Origin: Negativicutes bacterium
Lineage (GTDB): Bacteria; Bacillota; Negativicutes; UBA1444
Length of the DNA stretch: 64,000 nt
Reading direction: 5' to 3'
NCBI GenBank assembly: GCA_963665275.2
Contig: CAXXIN010000014.1
Coordinates: 5,430 to 69,429 of the forward strand
The first letter of the stretch is position 1; every line of letters begins with the position of its first letter. The notes beneath the pieces were generated by a model. It did no database searches and was not told the DNA's origin. It saw nothing but the letters and a program-made list of their open reading frames with translations. This document shows, piece by piece, positions 20,409-30,654 of the stretch. The translations under genes and the position numbers were made by a program.

Positions 20409-22312
20409 AACACCTGATAGTCGGGACTGCTGGACATGTCGACCATGGTAAAACAGCCATTATCCGTTATCTTACCGGTACGGATACTGATCGCCTACAG
20501 GAAGAGAAAAAGCGCGGAATCTCAATTGATATTGGCTTTGCTGCGATGCATTTTGAAGAAAGCTTGACGCTGGGCATCGTGGATGTGCCGGGGCACGAAA
20601 GATTTTTGAAAAACATGTTGGCGGGGACTGGCGGAATTGATATGGTCATGTTGGTAATTGCGGCAGACGAAGGCATCATGCCGCAAACACGGGAACACTT
20701 TGAAATGCTGCAATGTCTCGGGATAAATCGAGGTATTGTTGTCTTGAATAAAACTGATAAAGTCGATGCCGAGTGGCTGTTGATGGTAGAAGAAGACGTG
20801 AGACTTTATCTGGAGGGGACTTTCCTTGCGGGTGCTCCCATTTGCCGGGTTTCGGCATTGACGGGTGCAGGAATGAACGAATTGCGTTCGACGCTGCAAA
20901 GCCAGGCAGAGGCTGCGATAGAACGAGATAGCGAAGCGCCGTTTCGCCTGTGGATTGACAGAGCTTTTAATTTGAAAGGACAGGGCTTGATTGTCACGGG
21001 ATCAGTGTTGACTGGAACTCTTAAGGCGGGAGAGCCTGTGATGGTTTTTCCGGGTGGTCTTGAAGCAAAAGTGAGGGAAATTGAGACACATAACCAACAA
21101 ACCAATGTTGTAGGTGCTGGGCAAAGGGCATCTGTCAAACTGGCGGGACTATCATTAACCGAAGTTGGCCGAGGCATGTTCCTGAGCGCGGGAAATCATG
21201 GACAAACCAGTAAAATATGGGACGCGGCGATACTGTGGAAAAAACCATTTCCCTCCGGTACTCGAGTTCGCTTCCACATTGGGACCGGAGAATTTATTGG
21301 CAGGATGTCTTTTGCGAAAAAAGATGTTGAATCGGCCATTATCAGATTGCATCTGGAAGTTCCGGTTTCGGCTGGTTTTGGTGATCAGGGAATCTTACGT
21401 CGATATTCCCCGCAAGACTTAATTGGTGGAATAACCCTGTTGGGACCAGCGGCGCGCAACCATAAACGCGACGATCAGCTGGCTAACTTGAAGGAGGCAT
21501 TCTTGCGCCAAGATGGTGATGCAATTATGCTGGAATTGCTGCGAATGACTAAAGAACCGCCTATTCTGGAAGAATGGGTGCGCTTGGCTGGATATGCCAA
21601 TGGGAAAATCATACGGAAGGTGGTTGCGCGGCTCGTTGGGGTGGGAAAAGTGAAACATGTAGGCAATTATTATGTGCTTGCGGAAAAATTATCGGAATGG
21701 CAAAATCAAATGAATAAGGTGTTGACGGACTTTCATAGGCAAAACCCCGAACAACCCGGGATTTCCAGAGAAACGCTACGTCAAAAAATTAATTTGCCGG
21801 CAAATATTGCAGAGTGGTTTTTGCAAGAGGCCGTCGGTAGTGGACGGATTAAAACACGGGACGAATTTGTGGCGGCGCCGTCACATGCCCAGTTGCATGG
21901 TCAAAATGTTGGACAAATGAAAGACTTGTTGGATAAAATAATTGAACATCGAGAGGTGGTAGATATAACTCCCCAATGGTTGGCTGAAAAAATGCAGCGG
22001 ACGCCACAAGAAATTAAGCCATTTTTTGATGCGTTGATTCGGGATGGAAGCTTGATTCGCCTATCGGGAGTACACGTATACAGAAAAACAATGCAGTACA
22101 TTGGGGCGGTTATTCAAGAGCATTTTTCCGCGCATACGACTTTGTCCGTCGGCGAACTTCGGGACTTGTTGAAGACTTCTCGCCGACTCGTCATCCCGGT
22201 AATGGAATATTTTGATTCGCATAATTATACAAAACGCCAAGAGGATCTACGCATACCTGGCGTGCGCTTTGAGAATTTATCAGAATTAACTGGCTTTAAA
22301 TATACATGTTGA
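20405..22312 (+). CDS. selB: Selenocysteine-specific elongation factor
   Basis: 635 aa with GTPase G1 [11 protein letters not shown] and G3 DVPGHERF, plus C-terminal winged-helix repeats. Confidence 0.92.
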   Translation: MKHLIVGTAGHVDHGKTAIIRYLTGTDTDRLQEEKKRGISIDIGFAAMHFEESLTLGIVDVPGHERFLKNMLAGTGGIDMVMLVIAADEGIMPQTREHFEMLQCLGINRGIVVLNKTDKVDAEWLLMVEEDVRLYLEGTFLAGAPICRVSALTGAGMNELRSTLQSQAEAAIERDSEAPFRLWIDRAFNLKGQGLIVTGSVLTGTLKAGEPVMVFPGGLEAKVREIETHNQQTNVVGAGQRASVKLAGLSLTEVGRGMFLSAGNHGQTSKIWDAAILWKKPFPSGTRVRFHIGTGEFIGRMSFAKKDVESAIIRLHLEVPVSAGFGDQGILRRYSPQDLIGGITLLGPAARNHKRDDQLANLKEAFLRQDGDAIMLELLRMTKEPPILEEWVRLAGYANGKIIRKVVARLVGVGKVKHVGNYYVLAEKLSEWQNQMNKVLTDFHRQNPEQPGISRETLRQKINLPANIAEWFLQEAVGSGRIKTRDEFVAAPSHAQLHGQNVGQMKDLLDKIIEHREVVDITPQWLAEKMQRTPQEIKPFFDALIRDGSLIRLSGVHVYRKTMQYIGAVIQEHFSAHTTLSVGELRDLLKTSRRLVIPVMEYFDSHNYTKRQEDLRIPGVRFENLSELTGFKYTC

Positions 22313-22337
22313 CAGCATAAGGTTGCGTCCCTATAAT
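22309..22337 (+). promoter_or_regulatory. Consensus sigmaA-type promoter driving the riboswitch and glutamate synthase genes
   Basis: ttgaca (22309-22314), 17 nt, tataat (22332-22337). Confidence 0.55.
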
Positions 22338-22384
22338 TAATCTTGACATATTTCGTGTGCATGGAAAACACAAACGTGTCAAGG

Positions 22385-22512
22385 GAGTGTGCCTAGGGTT
22401 CCGCGCGATGAAGCGGTCAGGACCGAGCGGCACAGCGCGCAAGCGTACACCGTGAGTATAAAAAACTCTGCGGAAGGTCCCGGGAATACCGGCCCTTGGC
22501 AGAGTTTTTTAT
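22385..22512 (+). promoter_or_regulatory. ykkC-family riboswitch (gene context fits the ppGpp subtype 2a) with terminator expression platform
   Basis: gcCTAGGGTTCCGcgcgatgaagcGG, aGGACCGAGcg and tACACCGtGAGtataaaaaaCTCtGCGGAAGG parallel the guanidine-I consensus CUAGGGUUCCG / GGUCCGAGAG / ACACGGCGGGAUAAAAGCCCGGGAGA. The terminator aactctgc...gcagagtttttt overlaps P3. Confidence 0.7.
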
Positions 22513-22577
22513 TTGCCGCTGTGCCAGTGAGAGAAATGCTCTTCATTAGAGAAAGAAAAGGAAGGTGTGATTCTAAC

Positions 22578-23684
22578 ATGTGCAGAATCGGTGCCATTAA
22601 AAGCGCAAATCCGGTACACGCATCCATGGCCCTGTCGTTGATGTTGCCACAGCAGGAAGGACATGACAACTCAGGATTTGCAATGGTAATGCAGGATCTT
22701 GAAGGTGTTTTCGGTCCATATAAGGATAAGCCGTTGCTTTCGTTGGCTTGTACGCAAAAAGGCGCTAAGATCGTACAGGATTACATGGAGAAAAGCGGCT
22801 TCCGCAATCTTTTCGAATGGATCCCCCAGGTAAACAACAAACCGGGGTTGGATATCAAGGCTATGCCCTATTACATCTTTACTTCTTACGACTATCCTGA
22901 CTATTTGGTCGACGCCAGCCGAGAAAACAAGGAAGACCTTTTGCTGAACACTAGGCTGGCACTCAGAGCCTTATTGGAAAAAGATGATCATGGATATGTT
23001 TTTTCGTTTTGGCCGGATGTACTTACATTGAAAGAGATCGGTGATCCCAGAGATATCGCCACATATTTTGGACTGTGGGATGACAAAGGTGACCTGATGG
23101 CCCGGAACGTCGTCGTTCAATGCCGGCAAAACACAAATTACGAGATCGTCCGTTATGCGGCGCACCCGTTTTTCCTGCAGGGATATACACTGTGTGCAAA
23201 TGGCGAGAATACCTTTTATACCAAGAATAAGGAATATCAAAAGTCGTTGCATCGAGGCTACATTGGTTTTGAGTCCGACTCCCAAAACTTCCTGTATACC
23301 TTGCACTATGTGCTGCATGAGCTGAAGTGGCCGATCAAGTACTACAAACATGTGATCACGCCGCTGCCGTTCGACGAAGTGGAACATCGCGCCGATCATA
23401 ATGAACTGCGGGCCATCCGCCAGACATTGGGACATTTGGAGATCAATGGGCCGAACACGGTTATTGCCATGTTGCCAGATGGCAGCATCATGACCTGTTG
23501 CGATTCCAAAAAACTGCGACCGGTTGTCGTGGGCGGTACCAAAGATATGATGGCAATTTCTTCGGAAGTGTGCGGGCTCAATGTAATATTGCCGGAACGG
23601 GATGAAACCAAAGATATCTACCCGAATGAACGTGAAATCGTTATGATTACGCCCGGCATGGAGGTGCAGCGATGGAAACAGTAA
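22578..23684 (+). CDS. Glutamate synthase, class II glutamine amidotransferase subunit (archaeal-type split GltB)
   Basis: Starts MCRIGAIK (Ntn nucleophile Cys right after Met) behind the RBS aaggaagg. The track ORF extends upstream over the riboswitch. Confidence 0.85.
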   Translation: MCRIGAIKSANPVHASMALSLMLPQQEGHDNSGFAMVMQDLEGVFGPYKDKPLLSLACTQKGAKIVQDYMEKSGFRNLFEWIPQVNNKPGLDIKAMPYYIFTSYDYPDYLVDASRENKEDLLLNTRLALRALLEKDDHGYVFSFWPDVLTLKEIGDPRDIATYFGLWDDKGDLMARNVVVQCRQNTNYEIVRYAAHPFFLQGYTLCANGENTFYTKNKEYQKSLHRGYIGFESDSQNFLYTLHYVLHELKWPIKYYKHVITPLPFDEVEHRADHNELRAIRQTLGHLEINGPNTVIAMLPDGSIMTCCDSKKLRPVVVGGTKDMMAISSEVCGLNVILPERDETKDIYPNEREIVMITPGMEVQRWKQ

Positions 23685-25306
23685 AAACTCAGGATATAAC
23701 TTCTAATGATCTGCCGTGGAAAATCAGCTATACGCCGGAAAGGTGCACGATGTGCGGCAGTTGCGTGGCGGCCTGTACATTCAGCGCCATTGAAGCCCGT
23801 ATCGAACGTCGTTCCATGACAATCTCCACAGGTCATCAGCCTGAACCGACCCAGCGACATGCTGCCGTTCCAGTGATCCGGCAAAAGAATACACTCGCCA
23901 ATGCCTGTGTTGGCTGTGGAATGTGTGAGAAAGTCTGTCCCAATAATGCCATCCGGCCAGTACGCAATGAAGATTCCCGGATGAATGTTGTAGCTAGGGC
24001 CGGCGGCAGCCCGATCAAACGTGGTGGGCGGACTAACCTCAACGCAGACAGGGTTTTAGATAAAATCGTCGTTGGCCGTATTTCGCAAATGACAGACCCT
24101 TCACTGGATTCGGAGCGCCACACTTTTGATGTTCTGGCGCCTTTCGGACGGGTTCTGATGCCGAACGAACTGCCCTTTTCAGTCGAAAATGGCGAAATCC
24201 GCATGCAGGGATGGGTACCACCGGTACGTTGGATATACCCGCTGATTTTCAGCGACATGTCCATCGGCGCACTATCGACTCGGGCATGGGAAGCTCTTTC
24301 CCTGGCAACCGCTTATCTAAATGAGAAACATAATATGCCTGTACGCATGTCTTCCGGCGAAGGTGGCATGCCGGTGAAACTGATGGAATCGGAATATCTT
24401 AAATATTCCCTTATACAGATTGCATCAGGTCATTTTGGCTGGAACCGGATTATCAAAGCATTGCCGAAAATGAAAGTCGACCCGGCCGGCATTATAATCA
24501 AGATTGGACAAGGCGCGAAACCAGGCGACGGCGGACTATTGCCTGCGGCCAAGGTTGCCGAACATATACAAGCCATCCGCGGCGTTCCCAAGGCGGACTT
24601 GCTTTCGCCTCCCAATCATCAAGGGCTATACTCGATTGAAGAGTCCGTGCAGAAAATGTTCATGTCAATGAATGCTGCTTTCAAGTTTAGAGTGCCGGTT
24701 GCGATAAAATGCGCAGCATCGGCTACTTCGGTTTCCGTGTACAACAATTTGTTGCGTGATCCATATAAAATTTGCGGTGGCTTCTTTATCGACGGCATAC
24801 AAGGCGGCACGGGAGCTGCCAACGAAGTTTCTCTCGACCATACCGGACATCCGGTAGTATCCAAGATCAGGGACTGTTACCAGTCAGCTGTGAAACAAGG
24901 CAGCCAGGGTCGCATTCCTCTCTGGGGCGGCAGCGGTGTCGGCATGACCGGCAACGCTGCCGCGGATGCATTCAAACTAATCTGCCTGGGGGCCAACGGT
25001 GTTTTCATGGGCAAACTGCTGATCCAGCTGATGGGTTGCGTCGGCAATGAAAAAGGACGCTGCAATGCTTGCAACACGGGGTTCTGCCCGACCGGCATCT
25101 GTACCCAGGACCCCCGGCTGGTCAAGAGACTCGATATCGACAAAGCAGCGCAGAATGTTGTGGAATATATGCTGGCGTTTGATGCGGAATTTAAAAAACT
25201 GATGGCTCCGGTCGGCAATAGTTCTCTGCCGGTGGGGCGTTCGGATGCCTTGGTGACTAATGACCGTGCGGTGGCCGACAAACTGTCGATCACGTATGCG
25301 TGTTAA
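23672..25306 (+). CDS. Glutamate synthase FMN-binding subunit with N-terminal 2x[4Fe-4S] ferredoxin domain
   Basis: CTMCGSCVAACTFSAI and CVGCGMCEKVCPNNAI clusters, then KIGQGAKPGDGGLLP and GGTGAA motifs of the GltB FMN domain. Confidence 0.88.
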   Translation: METVKTQDITSNDLPWKISYTPERCTMCGSCVAACTFSAIEARIERRSMTISTGHQPEPTQRHAAVPVIRQKNTLANACVGCGMCEKVCPNNAIRPVRNEDSRMNVVARAGGSPIKRGGRTNLNADRVLDKIVVGRISQMTDPSLDSERHTFDVLAPFGRVLMPNELPFSVENGEIRMQGWVPPVRWIYPLIFSDMSIGALSTRAWEALSLATAYLNEKHNMPVRMSSGEGGMPVKLMESEYLKYSLIQIASGHFGWNRIIKALPKMKVDPAGIIIKIGQGAKPGDGGLLPAAKVAEHIQAIRGVPKADLLSPPNHQGLYSIEESVQKMFMSMNAAFKFRVPVAIKCAASATSVSVYNNLLRDPYKICGGFFIDGIQGGTGAANEVSLDHTGHPVVSKIRDCYQSAVKQGSQGRIPLWGGSGVGMTGNAAADAFKLICLGANGVFMGKLLIQLMGCVGNEKGRCNACNTGFCPTGICTQDPRLVKRLDIDKAAQNVVEYMLAFDAEFKKLMAPVGNSSLPVGRSDALVTNDRAVADKLSITYAC

Positions 25307-25320
25307 GGGGGGGCGCGGGT

Positions 25321-27645
25321 ATGAAAACAATCAATACCTTAATAGATAATGAGCGAATGTCTACCCAAGATTTGCTGCAGGCTATCAATGCGGCTGTTGC
25401 TGAAGGTGAGACGGAATTTGCGATCGAAGCCTCCGGGCAGCACGATATCGGCGGCCCGTTGTGGCACCCGGAAGGAAAATTGCTGCGCTTTCACGTGACC
25501 AACCCCGGCCAGCGTGTGGGGTGCATGTGCCTTGATAACACCGAAATCATTGTGGAAGGAACGGCATCCGCTGACGCCGGCTGGTTGAATGCCGGTGGGA
25601 AAATCGTTGTCAAGGGCGATGCTGGCGATACCGCCGCGCACTGTGCTGCATCAGGGCAAGTCTTTGTTGGCGGCCGAGTCGGCACACGTTCCGGATCTAT
25701 GATGAAGCATGATCCGCTTTATTCGGCGCCGGAGTTTTGGGTGCTGAAGAATTGTGGCAGCTTTTCGTTTGAATTCATGTCCGGTGGTACTGCAGTTGTT
25801 TGCGGTTACGATAGCGAAGCATTCGACTCGGTGGTTGGTGATCGTTCCTGCGTGGGAATGGTTGGTGGAACGCTCTACTTCCGCGGCACGGCGCACGGGC
25901 TTTCCAAGAAAGATGTCAAAATAGGAGCCTTGGCGGCAGCAGATATTGCCTATCTTAGCAAGGGAATGCCATCGTTTCTGAAAGATATTGGCCGGTCCGA
26001 GCTTTTTGAAGCTCTGACGAAATGGGATGAATGGCAAAAAGTTACGCCGCTGACCTACGACGAGCGGCCGAAAAAAACATCGCCAGATATCCTGTCGTTC
26101 CGGAAAAACGCCTGGGTACCAGGCGGGATCTTCGGGGACGTCTGTGAAGATGACTGGCAGGTATATGGATTGGTGGCTACAGGAACTTATCGCCAACGCG
26201 TGCCTTTCTGGGAAAACCAGAAGTATATGGCCCCCTGTGAATTCAACTGCACTGCTTCGATTCCTTCACAACATCGTTTCAACCTTCTGCGGGAAGGAAA
26301 AGTCGACGAAGCCTATCGTCTGGTTCTGGAGTATACGCCCTTTCCAGGTTCTGTCTGCGGAGCAGTGTGCATGAACCTGTGCATGGATGAATGTACACGG
26401 AGTCAAGTGGATATATCCGCACAGATTGGACAATTGGGCAACTACTCCGCTGATGTTGCAGTCCCTGCGCCGGCAGCAAAATCCGGGAAGAAAGTCGCTG
26501 TTATCGGCGGCGGACCGGCGGGACTGTCGGCGGCTTGGCAGTTGGCGCGCGACGGACATGAAGTAGCGGTTTATGAAGCACATGAAGCGATGGGCGGTAA
26601 AATGGAGCAAGTCATTCCCCGTTCCCGTCTGCCGCATGAAACGCTCGAGAAAGAACTGGCGCGGATTGAGTCGATAGGCGTAAAATTCGTCACCAATTTC
26701 TCGGTAGATAAAGACAAGTTTAAAGTTCTTCAAAAAGAAAACGACGCCGTAGTATTAGCGAGCGGCGGACATGTGACCCGAATCATCCCGTGGCCTGGAA
26801 ATGAAAGAATTGTGAAAGGCCTCGACTTCCTCAAGGCTGTCAATCGGGGCGAACAAGTGCCGGTTGGCAAAAGAGTCATCGTAATCGGCTGCGGCAACTC
26901 CGGAATGGACGCGGCTGTGGGCGCATACCAGATGGGAGCTGAGCAGGTGGTCTGCATCGACGTGCAGCGTCCGGCCGCCTATCAAAAGGAAATCGATCAC
27001 GTCCAAGAACTGGGCGGTGAACTGCAATGGCCTGTATTTACAAAAGAAGTCACCTCCGACGGAATTATCACACAGACCGGCGCGTTGATTAAAGGGGATA
27101 TGGTGATCATCACCATCGGTGAAAGCCCGGATCTGAGCTACTTGCCGGAGGAGATTGCTTTGGAGCGTGGTTACTTGAAACCTGCCGCTGACCTGAGTGT
27201 TGCCGAGGGGATCTTCACGGCTGGCGACACAACCAAACCAGGGCGGCTGGTTGACGCGATTGGCGCCGGTCGTCAGGCAGCTCTGGCAGTTAATGCGTAT
27301 CTCTTGAGCGAAAAATTCGTTGCGGAACAGAAGAGCCGCGTGCCGGCTGCGCGGATAAAAACAGCATATTTTAAAAAATGCCATTCCTGCGAATTGCCAG
27401 CGGTAAAGGATGAATATACTCGCTGCATAAGCTGCGGAACGTGCAGGGACTGCCATATGTGCGTCAAATCCTGTCCGGAAAATGCAATATCGCGCATTCA
27501 GAATCTGGAAAATAGCGGTGGATATGAGTATGTGGTCGATGCAAATAAATGTATCGGCTGCGGAATCTGCGCCGGGATATGCCCATCGGGCATATGGGCG
27601 ATGTATAACAATGCCGAGCCAATTCCCATGTATAAAGTCATTTAA
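25321..27645 (+). CDS. Fusion of GltB GXGXG domain with a GltD-like NAD(P)H oxidoreductase and C-terminal 4Fe-4S ferredoxin
   Basis: VVKGDAGDTAAHCAASGQVFVGGRVG (GXGXG), KKVAVIGGGPAGLSAAWQLA (dinucleotide fold), CISCGTCRDCHMC and CIGCGICAGICP. Confidence 0.88.
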   Translation: MKTINTLIDNERMSTQDLLQAINAAVAEGETEFAIEASGQHDIGGPLWHPEGKLLRFHVTNPGQRVGCMCLDNTEIIVEGTASADAGWLNAGGKIVVKGDAGDTAAHCAASGQVFVGGRVGTRSGSMMKHDPLYSAPEFWVLKNCGSFSFEFMSGGTAVVCGYDSEAFDSVVGDRSCVGMVGGTLYFRGTAHGLSKKDVKIGALAAADIAYLSKGMPSFLKDIGRSELFEALTKWDEWQKVTPLTYDERPKKTSPDILSFRKNAWVPGGIFGDVCEDDWQVYGLVATGTYRQRVPFWENQKYMAPCEFNCTASIPSQHRFNLLREGKVDEAYRLVLEYTPFPGSVCGAVCMNLCMDECTRSQVDISAQIGQLGNYSADVAVPAPAAKSGKKVAVIGGGPAGLSAAWQLARDGHEVAVYEAHEAMGGKMEQVIPRSRLPHETLEKELARIESIGVKFVTNFSVDKDKFKVLQKENDAVVLASGGHVTRIIPWPGNERIVKGLDFLKAVNRGEQVPVGKRVIVIGCGNSGMDAAVGAYQMGAEQVVCIDVQRPAAYQKEIDHVQELGGELQWPVFTKEVTSDGIITQTGALIKGDMVIITIGESPDLSYLPEEIALERGYLKPAADLSVAEGIFTAGDTTKPGRLVDAIGAGRQAALAVNAYLLSEKFVAEQKSRVPAARIKTAYFKKCHSCELPAVKDEYTRCISCGTCRDCHMCVKSCPENAISRIQNLENSGGYEYVVDANKCIGCGICAGICPSGIWAMYNNAEPIPMYKVI

Positions 27646-27726
27646 TATTTGACAAGCAATCGACGCCGATCTATAATTATTCAAGTAAGTGCGTGATCAA
27701 CGCACGATTGCGAAATTCCCAATGAA

Positions 27727-27758
27727 GGGATAAGACGGAGGTCTTATCCCTTTTTTTT
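27727..27758 (+). terminator. Intrinsic terminator of the glutamate synthase operon
   Basis: gggataagac / gtcttatccc stem, ggag loop, T8 run. Confidence 0.75.
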
Positions 27759-27850
27759 GTAAAAAAAGGCACATTTTCGTAACTTAGGGGGAATTGGACC
27801 GCTTAAAATGACAACCGATGCTCCGTACGACATAAAGTGTCCGATCGTTA

Positions 27851-27879
27851 TTGACACTTGTCCTACGTGTACATATAAT
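27851..27879 (+). promoter_or_regulatory. Consensus sigmaA-type promoter of the liv operon
   Basis: ttgaca (27851-27856), 17 nt, tataat (27874-27879). Confidence 0.6.
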
Positions 27880-27955
27880 ATCAACAGGTATAAAAACAAG
27901 GAACCGTTGGAGGATCCAGCGGGCGGAAACATCCCTACGCACAACAGCGAGACTG

Positions 27956-27985
27956 GAACCGAGGTGGATTCGGTTCAGTCTTTTT
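27956..27985 (+). terminator. Possible leader attenuator hairpin upstream of livH
   Basis: gaaccga / tcggttc 7-bp stem followed by agtctttttctgtt. It lies within a roughly 160-nt untranslated leader. Confidence 0.35.
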
Positions 27986-28040
27986 CTGTTCTGCAACGTA
28001 ATGGAAACGAGTTCGGATTTGGCAACAAGGAGGCAAAGGC

Positions 28041-28937
28041 ATGGAATCTTCATCGTTAATGCAACAGTTCTTTCAACAGTTGATCAATGGCGTTTCCCTC
28101 GGCAGTATTTATGCGCTGATTGCCTTAGGCTACACGATGGTCTACGGTATTATTCGCCTGATCAATTTTGCCCATGGAGACATTTACATGTTGGGAGCAT
28201 ATGCCGGATATTTTGCGACAACTTATTTTAAGATGTCGTTCATTCCAGCGTTACTGTTTTCAATGGTAATCGCGGCGATCGTAGGGATGTTGATCGAGCG
28301 GCTGGCATATCGTCCGCTGCGTGGTGCACCCAAGATCGCCATTTTGATTACGGCGATCGGCGTGTCGCTTCTGTTAGAATATGGCGGGATTATTTTGGTA
28401 ACACCGCAACCCCGGACTTTTCCCGAGCTGTTTCCGACAGCAACCTACAATTTCTGGGGCATGGTTGTCAATAGTCAGCAGATAGTGATTTTGGCGATTT
28501 CGCTGGCGCTGATGTTTATTCTGACTTATGTAGTCAACAAGACGAAAGTTGGCAAGGCGATGCGCGCGGTTTCATTTGATACCGATGCAGCTCGTCTCAT
28601 GGGTATCAACGTGGACCGGATCATCTCATTCACCTTTGCCATTGGGTCGAGTCTTGCGGCTGCGGCAGGGATACTGGTCGGCATCTATTACAACTCGATT
28701 GATCCGCTGATGGGAATCATGCCAGGTCTTAAAGCTTTCGTAGCGGCGGTGCTCGGCGGGATCGGTGTGATCCCGGGCGCCATGGTCGGCGGCATTTTGC
28801 TCGGCGTTATCGAAGCACTGGTCAGCGGTTTCTTATCTTCGACTTTCCGTGACGCCGCGGCGTTTATAATTCTGATCGTCATTCTGTTGTTCAAACCGTC
28901 AGGTTTGTTCGGCAAGAATATTCGCGAGAAAGTGTAG
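28041..28937 (+). CDS. livH: Branched-chain amino acid ABC transporter permease
   Basis: 298 aa, polytopic, with the LivH-type start QQLINGVSLGSIYALIALGYTMVYG. Confidence 0.9.
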   Translation: MESSSLMQQFFQQLINGVSLGSIYALIALGYTMVYGIIRLINFAHGDIYMLGAYAGYFATTYFKMSFIPALLFSMVIAAIVGMLIERLAYRPLRGAPKIAILITAIGVSLLLEYGGIILVTPQPRTFPELFPTATYNFWGMVVNSQQIVILAISLALMFILTYVVNKTKVGKAMRAVSFDTDAARLMGINVDRIISFTFAIGSSLAAAAGILVGIYYNSIDPLMGIMPGLKAFVAAVLGGIGVIPGAMVGGILLGVIEALVSGFLSSTFRDAAAFIILIVILLFKPSGLFGKNIREKV

Positions 28938-28946
28938 GTGGCTGCG

Positions 28947-29909
28947 ATGAGAAGTAAAATGAAACTCGATTTGTCAGCATTGGCTACCTGCTTTGCTATC
29001 TATGCCATAATTATGGCGCTGATGGAGACAGAAGTGATCGGCGCCTTTTGGCAGCTGAATATTGTGCTGATCTGCATCAATATTATTCTGGCCGTCAGCC
29101 TTAACCTGATTACTGGTTTTACTGGCCAATTTTCTATCGGGCATGCTGGATTCATGGCAGTTGGCGCCTATGTGTCGGCAGTGTTCACCGTCAAACTGGG
29201 CATGTCTTTTGCCCTCGCGATCTTAGCTGGCGCCGGCGCTGCTGCGATATTGGGCTTTGCCATCGGTTTGCCAACGCTGCGATTGCAAGGCGATTATCTG
29301 GCAATTGCCACATTGGGCCTGGGCGAAATCATCCGCATCACGATCCTCAATATTCCATATGTCGGTGGTGCATCCGGGCTGATGGGAATTCCTCGTTATA
29401 CGAACTTTACCTGGGCGTTCTTTGCGATGGTGATCACCATCTTCTTCATTAAGAATTTTATCAATTCCAGTCATGGTCGTGCCTGTATCTCCATCCGCGA
29501 AAACGAAATTGCGGCGGAAGCGATGGGAGTGGACACAACCAAGTACAAGGTCCTCGCTTTCACTATCGGTGCTGCTTTTGCCGGTGTGGCTGGCGGGCTG
29601 TTCGCCCACTATTTTTACATTGCGCACCCCGCTTCGTTTACCTTCATGAAATCTTTCGATATTCTGACGATGGTGGTGCTAGGTGGATTGGGCAGTATTT
29701 CCGGCTCGATAACGTCTGCCATCCTTCTGACCTTTATATCAGCAGGGTTGGCCAGTTATCCTGAATGGCGTATGGTCATTTATGCGCTGTTGCTAATCGT
29801 TTTGATGATCTATCGACCGCAGGGATTGTTCGGTAACAAGGAGATCAGCCTGAAGATCTTCAGCCGCATTTTGGGAGGTGGTAAGCATGGCACTGCTCAA
29901 AATAAATAA
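28947..29909 (+). CDS. livM: Branched-chain amino acid ABC transporter permease
   Basis: Polytopic, with the LivM-type motif GQFSIGHAGFMAVGAY. An alternative GTG start lies at 28938. Confidence 0.9.
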   Translation: MRSKMKLDLSALATCFAIYAIIMALMETEVIGAFWQLNIVLICINIILAVSLNLITGFTGQFSIGHAGFMAVGAYVSAVFTVKLGMSFALAILAGAGAAAILGFAIGLPTLRLQGDYLAIATLGLGEIIRITILNIPYVGGASGLMGIPRYTNFTWAFFAMVITIFFIKNFINSSHGRACISIRENEIAAEAMGVDTTKYKVLAFTIGAAFAGVAGGLFAHYFYIAHPASFTFMKSFDILTMVVLGGLGSISGSITSAILLTFISAGLASYPEWRMVIYALLLIVLMIYRPQGLFGNKEISLKIFSRILGGGKHGTAQNK

Positions 29910-30654
29910 ACTGACCAAAGAATTCGGCGGATTGAAAGCCGTTTCCAACTTTAACATGGAGATCAACAAAGGCGAACTGGTTGGATTGATTGGCCCGAAT
30001 GGAGCAGGAAAGACAACAGCATTCAATCTAATGACGGGGGTTTATGAACCCACCTCCGGACAGATTGATTTCGACGGAAAAAGTTTGCTGGGGCTAAAAC
30101 CTTATCAGGTTACACAACATGGAATTGCCAGGACGTTCCAAAACATCCGCCTGTTCTCCGATTTAACGGTGATCGACAACGTCAAGATTGCTTATCATTT
30201 TCACGTGAAGTATGGGATTGCAGAAGCGGTCATGCGGGTCGGGCGTTATTACCCAGAGGAGGACGTCATCGAGCAGAAAGCGCTGGAGTGCCTGAAGATG
30301 TTCAAACTAGATGACCGGCGAGATGAAATCGCCCGTAATTTGCCGTACGGCGAACAACGTCGCCTAGAAATCGCCAGGGCGTTGGCAGCCGAGCCGCAAC
30401 TGCTGCTGTTGGACGAACCGGCAGCCGGTATGAATCCTCAAGAAACGCATGAATTGATGGAGATGATTCGTTGGATCCGTGACGAACTGAAACTGACGAT
30501 TCTGCTGATCGAACATGATATGAGTCTCGTCATGGGCGTCTGCGAAAGAATATATGTGTTGGATTACGGGAGCATCATCGCGGCGGGAACTCCGCTGGAA
30601 ATCCGAAGCAATCCACGCGTAATCGAGGCTTACCTCGGTGAGGAGGTGCATTGA
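29887..30654 (+). CDS. livG: Branched-chain amino acid ABC transporter ATP-binding protein
   Basis: Walker A GPNGAGKTT, signature YGEQRRLEIA, Walker B LLLLDEP. Confidence 0.92.
   Translation: MALLKINKLTKEFGGLKAVSNFNMEINKGELVGLIGPNGAGKTTAFNLMTGVYEPTSGQIDFDGKSLLGLKPYQVTQHGIARTFQNIRLFSDLTVIDNVKIAYHFHVKYGIAEAVMRVGRYYPEEDVIEQKALECLKMFKLDDRRDEIARNLPYGEQRRLEIARALAAEPQLLLLDEPAAGMNPQETHELMEMIRWIRDELKLTILLIEHDMSLVMGVCERIYVLDYGSIIAAGTPLEIRSNPRVIEAYLGEEVH

Noticed and set aside
22389-22577. N-terminal 63-aa extension of the amidotransferase ORF in the track.
   Set aside because: It covers the riboswitch and its terminator. Ntn amidotransferases must begin Met-Cys, and that start is found at 22578 behind a good RBS.
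27808-28231. ORFs 27808..28059 and 27851..28231 upstream of and overlapping livH.
   Set aside because: They span the liv promoter and leader or run out of frame over livH. Their peptides are not protein-like.
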